32,000 bases of DNA. It comes from Thermoprotei archaeon. GTDB lineage: Archaea; Thermoproteota; Thermoprotei; QMSL01; B3-G16. Made by a program: the position numbers and the translations under genes. This document shows, piece by piece, positions 8,891 through 15,983 of this stretch. Where the stretch lies: NCBI GenBank assembly GCA_021162845.1, contig JAGGXX010000001.1:10624-42623 (forward strand), read 5' to 3'. Each line of letters starts with the position of its first letter. Position 1 is the stretch's first letter. The notes beneath the pieces were generated by a model, which had not been told where the DNA came from, ran no database searches, and saw only the letters and a program-made list of their open reading frames with translations.

Positions 8891-9070
8891 CGCTTATGGT
8901 TCCTCCGGATATAGTTCTTAAATTCACACTTCGGGATCCTGAGCTTAAAGTCGAGATTAGAGTCTCAAATTGCCCATGAGAACGGAGGCCTTGTATGAAT
9001 TTCTGGGTTTAGTTCCGTCTCATCTTTAAGTGAGGACTTGCCCTAACAGGGAAACGGGGGATGTTCAACA

Positions 9071-10063
9071 ATGGCGCGCATAAGCATACGCCGTGATAAG
9101 TGCTCCGAGCTAGCATCTCTTGTAAAGCGCTTAAACATAGAGCTCGATCCCTTTATAGATCCCCGCTATTATCCCCCACCCGATGCGGATCCCTCATGTG
9201 TCGCTCAGTACTTCTTCTTCATGGTAGCCATAGATCATAGGACCGGTACGCCCTCTATGCCTTTTGAGGGCTACGTAGATGGGGAGTTCTATCATGGAGC
9301 AGATCTTCTTTACCGCCTCGGTATGCTCAAGTATGAAGAAGACCCGGGCTTCTTCAGCGCGAGATATATGAGCCGTATAACCGCTGAGGAAGTAAGCTCA
9401 TGGCTCTCAGTCAAGGAACCTCGACATGTACGTGTAAGGGACCCCGAGATACGGGCTATGTTGCTGAGAGATGCAGCTCATAGGCTTTTAGCACAATACC
9501 TGGGTAATCCCTTAAGCATCTTTAAAGGCGATCTGCGTGACTGGCTCCGTGCTCTGGGCTCGTTCTTAGCATATAGCGATCCAGTCGCAAAGAAGTCGTT
9601 CCTGCTCATAAAATTCCTAGAACGGCGTCATCTGATAAGCATGATACCGGCCATGGAGTTACACGTACCCGTGGATAATCACCTAACCCGGATAGCCTTG
9701 AGACTAGGAATAGTAATGCCTGACAAGGAGATGTGGCACATCATCCTATCTGGGAGGGAAGTCCCAGATGAAGTTGACGTTATGATAAGGCTAGTCGTGA
9801 GAAAGGCTTATTTCCTAGTATGCGAGGAGGCCGGGATTAGGCCTACATATTTGGATGATCTATTATGGTCTCTAGGGCGTACGTGCTGCACTAGGGAGAG
9901 GCCGGTATGCGTATTAGGATGTAACAGGGTGAAGTGCTCCACTAAGCGCATATTAGGCTCTTGTAATGGTACATGTCCGTTTATAAACGCATGTGACGCC
10001 TTTCGCGAGCATAAGGCCCTAAAGATCGTAGAGCATACCAAACTTAATACGTGGTATTATTAG
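9071..10063 (+). CDS. HhH-GPD-superfamily (AGOG/EndoIII-like) glycosylase-fold protein with Cys-rich C-terminal Fe-S-loop-like tail
   Basis: KKSFLLIKFL...HVPVDNHLTRIALRLGIV and YLDDLLWSLGR resemble the AGOG/EndoIII motifs (PVDxH/Y..R and LW..GR). The C-terminus CCTRERPVC...CPFINAC has C-x6-C and C-x5-C spacings like the EndoIII [4Fe-4S] loop, split by an insert carrying more Cys. In total 8 Cys fall between nt 9884 and 9994. The exact family is not resolved. Confidence 0.45.
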   Translation: MARISIRRDKCSELASLVKRLNIELDPFIDPRYYPPPDADPSCVAQYFFFMVAIDHRTGTPSMPFEGYVDGEFYHGADLLYRLGMLKYEEDPGFFSARYMSRITAEEVSSWLSVKEPRHVRVRDPEIRAMLLRDAAHRLLAQYLGNPLSIFKGDLRDWLRALGSFLAYSDPVAKKSFLLIKFLERRHLISMIPAMELHVPVDNHLTRIALRLGIVMPDKEMWHIILSGREVPDEVDVMIRLVVRKAYFLVCEEAGIRPTYLDDLLWSLGRTCCTRERPVCVLGCNRVKCSTKRILGSCNGTCPFINACDAFREHKALKIVEHTKLNTWYY

Positions 10064-10092
10064 GGCATCGATCCTGAATCTAGCGATCTCCC

Positions 10093-11367
10093 TTATCCTG
10101 TAGGACATTCCCCCTCATGATCCTTCACGTTTCTCAAGCTCTCGCTTACTTCCACTATTACGCGGAGGGCATCACAAAGGGCATCCACCTCTTCCTTAAC
10201 GTTATACACGTAGAAGCTGGCCCTGATACTTCCCTTCAGCCCCAACCGATAATGGAGAGGATGCGCGCAGTGCATTCCGTCCCTCACTATGATCCCCATC
10301 CTGCTTAATGCCCTAGCCACTGAGCTATGACTTATCCCCTTTACGTTAAAGGCTACTACGCCGCCCCTAAGGCTTGCATCTAACGGGCCATAGATGTCTA
10401 GGTGGCCATCTTCATTCAGCCTCTTCAGGCAATATTCCGTGAGCTCATACTCGTGCCTCCTGATGCTCTTCATCCCCAAACGCTTGAGATACCTAACGGC
10501 CTCGGCTAAACCTATGGCCCCCGCTATGTTAGGGGTCCCCGCTTCAAAGCGCCATGGGGCTTCCATATACTTCACGTCCTCCAATGTGACGTCAACTACG
10601 CATCCCCCGCCGAGCTTTAACAGTTCCATCTCCTCTAGGAGCTCTTTTCTACCCCATAGGACGCCTATGCCTGTAGGCCCCAGCATCTTATGGCCGCTAA
10701 ACGCCAAGAAGTCCGCATCCAGCTCTCTCACGCTTACAGGCATATGCGGCACTGATTGCGCGCCGTCAACAATCACTATCGCCCCTACCCTATGAGCTTC
10801 ACGTGCCAACCTCCTCACGTCATTTATCGTGCCTAAGACGTTCGATACGTGAGCCACAGCTACGACCTTAGTCCTCTCAGTTATCAAGCTAGCTAGTTGA
10901 TCATATCTCAGGATACCGTCTTCGCTTATATCAAGATACCTGATCTTAGCCCTCTTAAGTGCCGCTACCCTTCTCCAGGGTAGCATATTGCTATGATGCT
11001 CCATTATGGTCAACAAGATCTCATCTCCATTCTTGATGTTCTTCAATCCCCATCCGTACGCGACGAGGTTGATGCTCTCGGTGGTCCCACTTGTGAAAAT
11101 GACCTCCGTGTAGTCGTTGGCATCAATGAATCTCGATATTTCCTCCCTAGCGTCCTCATAGGCCCGCGTGGCTTTACTTCCCAGGGCGTGTTCTCCCCTA
11201 TGTATATTAGCGTTATACTCATAGTAGAACTTCTCCATAGCCTCAATGACGCATCGAGGTTTATGACTCGTAGCGGCGTTATCGAGATATACCAATTTCC
11301 TCCCTGTGGAGGTCTTCCTCTCTAGGCAGGGGAAGTCCTTTCTTATCTCATAGGGATCAAACGTCAT
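10093..11367 (-). CDS. sufS: Cysteine desulfurase, SufS/Csd-type (class V aminotransferase)
   Basis: FSGHKMLGPTGIGVLW carries the PLP lysine and VRDGMHCAHPL the catalytic Cys loop. YLDNAATS is near the N-terminus. Length is 424 aa. Confidence 0.85.
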   Translation of the reverse strand: MTFDPYEIRKDFPCLERKTSTGRKLVYLDNAATSHKPRCVIEAMEKFYYEYNANIHRGEHALGSKATRAYEDAREEISRFIDANDYTEVIFTSGTTESINLVAYGWGLKNIKNGDEILLTIMEHHSNMLPWRRVAALKRAKIRYLDISEDGILRYDQLASLITERTKVVAVAHVSNVLGTINDVRRLAREAHRVGAIVIVDGAQSVPHMPVSVRELDADFLAFSGHKMLGPTGIGVLWGRKELLEEMELLKLGGGCVVDVTLEDVKYMEAPWRFEAGTPNIAGAIGLAEAVRYLKRLGMKSIRRHEYELTEYCLKRLNEDGHLDIYGPLDASLRGGVVAFNVKGISHSSVARALSRMGIIVRDGMHCAHPLHYRLGLKGSIRASFYVYNVKEEVDALCDALRVIVEVSESLRNVKDHEGECPTG

Positions 11368-11371
11368 CCCA

Positions 11372-12076
11372 TCACCTTAGCCTAGCTATGACGTTGACCG
11401 GTATACCGTATTCCTCGGTGAGCCTATCTACGCCGTTACCTATAGCTACGATGGCACACACCCCTACTATATCAGCCTTCACGCTATGGCAGATCTCTAT
11501 TAAGGCCCTTATGGTGGAGCCGGACCTTATGATATCGTCCACTATTAATACTCTGTCGCCTCGGGAGATGAGGTTCTTGGGCACGTAGACATAGCTATAG
11601 ATGCCACTAGGATAAATCTGCCGCACTTCTATAAACTCCTCAACTCCAACTTCCTTGCTTTGTTTAGCTATTACTAAATTAGCTTTAATCTCATTCGCGA
11701 CTAATGTGGCGAAGGGTATGCCGTCGGTTTCCTTAGTGAGCACTATCTTAACCTCCTTTCCGGTGAACTCGCTGGCGACTGCCTTAGCTATTTGAGATAG
11801 CAACCTCGTGTTCGATAATAACCTAATGTTAACTACGACGTTGTTCCTTACTTCAACGTTCTTAAGAACGGCTTCCTTAAGGACATGTTCCCTAAATATC
11901 CTTATGAACGTCCTAGCCCTTTCAAGGTTAGGAAGGAAGTGCCCCGTTACATAACGGGATAGTATTTGAGGTGAGAGACCGGTAAGGGATGAGAGGACGT
12001 CATATGGATATATCTCCTTCATAGCCCTGAGAGCCTCGGCCCCGAAGATTTTAGTCTTCAGTTCGGCGATCCTCAA
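11372..12076 (-). CDS. HTH domain fused to a type-I phosphoribosyltransferase domain; putative PRPP-responsive regulator
   Basis: An N-terminal HTH-like segment (LSSLTGLSPQILSRYVTGHFLPNLERA) is followed by the C-terminal PRPP-binding loop RVLIVDDIIRSGST (nt 11513-11551). TTG start at 12074-12076 is preceded by GGAGG on the minus strand; an alternative ATG lies at 12022. It is divergent from purC. Confidence 0.7.
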   Translation of the reverse strand: MRIAELKTKIFGAEALRAMKEIYPYDVLSSLTGLSPQILSRYVTGHFLPNLERARTFIRIFREHVLKEAVLKNVEVRNNVVVNIRLLSNTRLLSQIAKAVASEFTGKEVKIVLTKETDGIPFATLVANEIKANLVIAKQSKEVGVEEFIEVRQIYPSGIYSYVYVPKNLISRGDRVLIVDDIIRSGSTIRALIEICHSVKADIVGVCAIVAIGNGVDRLTEEYGIPVNVIARLR

Positions 12077-12151
12077 AATCCCGCCTGCCTCCTATTCTTC
12101 TTATGACGGGGAGATTATTAACGGCTCCTATTTTCCCTTCCTCATTACTTT

Positions 12152-12218
12152 AACATTATGATGCTTATAAAAAGCTTAAATATTTCATTAATATAAACAT
12201 TATAATGATTATAAAAAG
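12152..12218 (+). promoter_or_regulatory. purC promoter region with two 23-bp direct repeats, each carrying a TATA-like box
   Basis: AACATTATGATGCTTATAAAAAG (12152-12174) and AACATTATAATGATTATAAAAAG (12196-12218) match at 21 of 23 positions, 44 bp apart start to start. TTATAAAA occurs at 12165-12172 and 12209-12216. Copy 2 contains the perfect palindrome CATTATAATG (12198-12207). Confidence 0.8.
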
Positions 12219-12227
12219 GTGCGACAT

Positions 12228-13217
12228 ATGACCGCACAGCCGACTTACGATGTCACGGTGATGCCCGACCCCTTTAGACCCGGCCATTATGTAAATGCGA
12301 TCCGCAGATCATGGTTATTGGGACGTGAGAGACCGCCCCGAAGAGGCAAGGTCAAGGATATCTATGACTTAGGCGGGCATCTACTAATATTCCATACGGA
12401 TAGAATATCCGCTTTCGACGTGGTGTTCAACGATCTAATACCCTACAAGGGCGTCTACCTCAACCTCCTCTCAGCATATTGGTTTAAGAAGAGCGCGCAC
12501 GTCTTCCCCAATCACCTCGTGAATGAAGTAGATGAACGAACGATAAAGGTCATCAAGGCCGAGAGGATAGATATAGAGTGGATAATTAGGGGCTATCTCT
12601 ACGGATCCGCATGGCGCGCTTATGCGAAGGGTAGACGGATCATCTCCGGCGTTAAGCTACCCAGTGGCTTATCGCTTGCCGAGGAGCTGCCGGAACCCAT
12701 ACTCACCCCCACCACTAAGAGCGATCAGGGACATGATAAGGAGATCTCAAAGGCCGAAGCCATATCCCATGGCCTGGTGTCGAAGGAGGAGTGGAGCGTA
12801 ATTGAGGAAGCTTGCTTTAAATTGTATGAATTCTATAGCTACGAGGCTAAGAAAGCGGGGATAATAATACCTGATGTCAAGCTAGAGTTTGGCAGATATG
12901 AGGGGTATATAATCCAGATAGATGAGCCGCCGACCCATGACTCTGCTAGGTTGTGGTCGCTTAAGTATTATGAGCCTGGGAGGCCGCAGGAAGGGCACTG
13001 CTTAGATAAGGAGTTCCTCAGAGCTTACCTGCTAAAAATAGGTTATAACGGGGAAGGCCCTCCTCCCCGTTTGTCATGGCCCGTGATCCAGCAAATAGCG
13101 CTACGCGTTCGAAGCGCTTATGAAGTCCTTACCGGGCTGAAAAGAATTGACGAATTGCCCCTCAAGGGGTTAGACGAGGTCCTTAAAGAGGGCATTGGTG
13201 ATGAATGGAGTTCATGA
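12228..13217 (+). CDS. purC: SAICAR synthetase
   Basis: RGKVKDIYDLGGHLLIFHTDRISAFDV and DVKLEFG are PurC motifs. ATG 12228 lies 6 nt after AAGGTG. The ORF is open from GTG 12219, and ATG 12261 is another candidate start. Confidence 0.9.
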   Translation: MTAQPTYDVTVMPDPFRPGHYVNAIRRSWLLGRERPPRRGKVKDIYDLGGHLLIFHTDRISAFDVVFNDLIPYKGVYLNLLSAYWFKKSAHVFPNHLVNEVDERTIKVIKAERIDIEWIIRGYLYGSAWRAYAKGRRIISGVKLPSGLSLAEELPEPILTPTTKSDQGHDKEISKAEAISHGLVSKEEWSVIEEACFKLYEFYSYEAKKAGIIIPDVKLEFGRYEGYIIQIDEPPTHDSARLWSLKYYEPGRPQEGHCLDKEFLRAYLLKIGYNGEGPPPRLSWPVIQQIALRVRSAYEVLTGLKRIDELPLKGLDEVLKEGIGDEWSS

Positions 13218-14682
13218 ACACTGCGGCGTATTCGCTATCATGAGTCTAAAAGAGGAGAACATAATCCCATATATATACTGGGCGCTCCTGTCCCTCAATC
13301 ATAGGGGACAGCAGTCACATGGCATATTGGTCTATCGAGACGGCTTTAAGCTTTTCAAGGGACTCGGCCTAGTAGAGGACTCCCGATTGAAGGGACTGGG
13401 CGATTGGGTCGACGGGCTTTCAAGTAACTTAGGCATAGGTCACGTAAGGTACGCTACCTCGGGCAACTTATCTAGGGAGCAGCTCTTAGAGGACGCTCAA
13501 CCACAGGTTATAAACGCTAGAGAAAGGAAAATAGGGATTGCTTATAATGGCAATATAGTCAACGTCGTACGTCTAAGGCAATCCCTCCTCTCTAAGGGCT
13601 TTGAGCTTCGTGGGACCTCGGATACCGAAGTGCTAGCCTATCTTCTCTTAGATGCCATCCGCAGTGAAGGTTGCCTAGTGGAGGGCATTCGATATGTAAT
13701 GGGCGAGGTTGATGGCGCGTATTCAGTAGTCGGCATTACCGACGATGGTATGTTCTTTGCCTTCAGGGACCCACATGGTATACGCCCTCTTGCTTATAGC
13801 ATCGAGGAGACCCGTGGCCTAATAGCGGTGGCCTCAGAGAGCGTAGCCTTCAACGTTAATGGCCTGCCCCTAAGCGGCTTCGTTAGACCTGGTGAAGCGA
13901 TAGTCGTCGATAGTTCTGGCATGGAGCGTTATAGACTCGCCAATTCCAACAGCGCCTTCTGCGCCTTCGAATACGCCTATTTCGCCAGGCCTGATTCTAA
14001 GTTTGAGGACGGGTGTTACGTATTCGAAATACGTAGGGAATTAGGGCGCCGCTTGGCTATACGCTATTCCGAGATCGCCTCAAGAGTCGACGTCATCGTG
14101 CCCGTTCCTCAGACAGCTATCGATGCCGCCTATGGATTTCATGAGGAGTCAGGGAAACCGATAGCCCCCCTCATCGTTAGGCACCGTTACGTTAGGCACA
14201 GAGCTTTCATAATGTCCCCTGAGGAGAGATCCCTAATACTTTCTAAAAAGTACAACATACTCCTGGATCGTTTGAGGGGGCTAAGGGTGGCGCTTATTGA
14301 TGATAGCATAGTCAGGGGCGACACATTAAGGCGTCTAGTGAGAATCTTAAAGGGCGCAGGTACTAAGGAAGTCCATATATTCTCTACATTTCCCAAGATA
14401 ACGAGCCCCTGCTTCTATGGGATTGATATGGCCACGTTCGATGAGCTCGTAGGCTTTAATAGGGATACCGAGGAAATAGCCGAGCTCTTGGGGGCGGACT
14501 CAGTTAATTACCAAACGATAAGCGATTACTGTAAGGCCGTCGGTAGGAATGACCTCTGTCTAGCCTGCGTCACGGGCAAATACCCGACTAGATATGCACA
14601 AGACCTGGCCAGGAGGGCGCGTCGTGAAGCGCTTCTCGGGCATAAAATACGCGGTAGGATTGTAGAAACCTTAGGGAGGTGA
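13201..14682 (+). CDS. purF: Amidophosphoribosyltransferase (Ntn glutaminase plus PRT domain, Fe-S type)
   Basis: A short propeptide MNGVHEH precedes the catalytic Cys (CGVFAI, Cys codon 13222-13224). Also present are LNHRGQQSHGI, HVRYATSG, YNGNIVN, TSDTEV and the PRPP loop ALIDDSIVRGDT. Fe-S ligand Cys are conserved (FCAFEYAYFARPDS, SPCFYGIDM, CLACVTGKYP). It overlaps the purC 3' end by 17 nt. Confidence 0.92.
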   Translation: MNGVHEHCGVFAIMSLKEENIIPYIYWALLSLNHRGQQSHGILVYRDGFKLFKGLGLVEDSRLKGLGDWVDGLSSNLGIGHVRYATSGNLSREQLLEDAQPQVINARERKIGIAYNGNIVNVVRLRQSLLSKGFELRGTSDTEVLAYLLLDAIRSEGCLVEGIRYVMGEVDGAYSVVGITDDGMFFAFRDPHGIRPLAYSIEETRGLIAVASESVAFNVNGLPLSGFVRPGEAIVVDSSGMERYRLANSNSAFCAFEYAYFARPDSKFEDGCYVFEIRRELGRRLAIRYSEIASRVDVIVPVPQTAIDAAYGFHEESGKPIAPLIVRHRYVRHRAFIMSPEERSLILSKKYNILLDRLRGLRVALIDDSIVRGDTLRRLVRILKGAGTKEVHIFSTFPKITSPCFYGIDMATFDELVGFNRDTEEIAELLGADSVNYQTISDYCKAVGRNDLCLACVTGKYPTRYAQDLARRARREALLGHKIRGRIVETLGR

Positions 14683-15983
14683 TGAATACGCCTGGTATAC
14701 TTGGGATATATCCCTTCGGTCTTGGAAGGGAGAACTGGAGGATTTCGCGTTTTGTATACTACGGCCTCCTAGCGTTACAGCATAGAGGCCAGGAAGCCTC
14801 CTCTATAATAACTTTAGGTGACGATCTTCATGTCGAGTCACGTAGAGGTCTGGTTGAGGATGCGTTTAACGAGAAAGCCCTTCTATCAATTCCTGGCTTC
14901 ATAGGTGTGGGCTTCCTATCCTCTGCTAGCAATGATTCGCCTATCGTGATATCCTCGCCGATAAGACTGGTACTAGTCGGAGATGGAATGCCCTTACTGG
15001 GAAAGGATAGGCAGAGCGCATGGCGGGCTTTCGCTGAACTCCTCTCCGATGAGATCTCTAGGACAGGCAACTCGCTTAAGGCGGCGGTGAAATTAGTTGA
15101 GGAAGTGAACGGCGGGTATTCCTTTATCGCGCTCACCGAGGATCAGGAGATGTTGGCTGGTCGTGATAAATACGGCATAAAGCCCCTTGAAATAGGTTCG
15201 CTCGGCTTTGATCTCGGTGCGATAGCTTCTGAGACATCAGCGCTTGATGTCCTAGGGATGGACCACGTGTTATCCGTGGGCAGAGGGGAGGTGGTGCGCT
15301 TCGACCCGTATAGCATCGAAAGGATGCGCGTGAGGGAGCTCCCAAATCCTGCATATTGTAGCTTTGAGTACGTCTATCTCGCACGTCCTGACTCCATTCT
15401 AAACGGTATCCCCGTTTATTCAGTTAGAATAAGGATGGGGGAGATCTTGGCTAAAGAAACCCCCGCCACGGCTGATACGGTGATAGGGATACCAGAAACG
15501 GCTATACCGTTTGCCATAGGCTATTCACGAGCAAGCGGTATTAACGTGGATCTCGGCTTCGTCACCACAGGGAGAAGGGTAAGGACAGCCATTAAGCCAT
15601 CGGTATTTGAACGCTTGATGGGTGTTCAGCTTAAGCTTAACCCCATAAAAAGCGCCGTGAATGGAAAGGACATAATCCTAATCGATGATAGCGTCGTAAG
15701 GGGGACGACGTTACGGAACACGGTATGGAATCTAAAGCGAAGGGGTGCTCGAAGGATTCATGTGAGAATAGGAAGTCCTCCGCTTAAATTCTCATGCCCC
15801 TTTGGAGTTGAAATCCCTCCGCCTGATGAACTTATAGCCCGTTCGCTCTCAGAGGAAGAGATAGCTGAGGTCGTAGGTGCTGATACGTTTAGCTTCCTCT
15901 CCGTTAATGGTCTTTCCCAGGCTTTGGGTCTTCCTCCTAGTAATTTATGCCTCAGGTGTTGGTTAGGGGGTGTAAAATCTTGA
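14682..15983 (+). CDS. PurF paralog with degenerate glutaminase domain and intact PRT/Fe-S motifs
   Basis: It aligns with the preceding PurF (LALQHRGQEASSI; CSFEYVYLARPDS; IGIPETAIPFA; ILIDDSVVRGTT; SCPFGVEIP; CLRCWLGG). However, Pro (codon 14691-14693) replaces the N-terminal nucleophile Cys. The RYxT, NGxI and SDTE glutaminase motifs are also absent. The ATG overlaps the purF TGA (GGGAGGTGATG). Confidence 0.8.
   Translation: MNTPGILGIYPFGLGRENWRISRFVYYGLLALQHRGQEASSIITLGDDLHVESRRGLVEDAFNEKALLSIPGFIGVGFLSSASNDSPIVISSPIRLVLVGDGMPLLGKDRQSAWRAFAELLSDEISRTGNSLKAAVKLVEEVNGGYSFIALTEDQEMLAGRDKYGIKPLEIGSLGFDLGAIASETSALDVLGMDHVLSVGRGEVVRFDPYSIERMRVRELPNPAYCSFEYVYLARPDSILNGIPVYSVRIRMGEILAKETPATADTVIGIPETAIPFAIGYSRASGINVDLGFVTTGRRVRTAIKPSVFERLMGVQLKLNPIKSAVNGKDIILIDDSVVRGTTLRNTVWNLKRRGARRIHVRIGSPPLKFSCPFGVEIPPPDELIARSLSEEEIAEVVGADTFSFLSVNGLSQALGLPPSNLCLRCWLGGVKS

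Noticed and set aside
8730-8927. 65-aa minus-strand ORF from the ORF track
   Set aside because: It lies entirely antisense to the 5S rRNA gene (8761-8890). Its Gly/Arg/Ser-rich translation is what the complement of a GC-rich structured RNA would give. It is spurious.
8976-9029. 17-codon mini-ORF (MRTEALYEFLGLVPSHL) in the 5S-downstream spacer
   Set aside because: It has no SD or promoter context, is very short, and coincides with the hairpin arms. Nothing indicates it is coding.
12175-12227. Possible purine riboswitch in the purC leader
   Set aside because: The leader is at most about 35 nt and almost pure A/T. It cannot form the three-way-junction purine aptamer, and it shows none of the conserved aptamer sequence.
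15947-15979. ATG 15947 as the purD start (MPQVLVRGCKI...)
   Set aside because: It would overlap the purF paralog by 37 nt and add residues not found in PurD. TTG 15980 gives the canonical N-terminus KIMGVGGGAREHA and has an SD-like GGGGGTG upstream.
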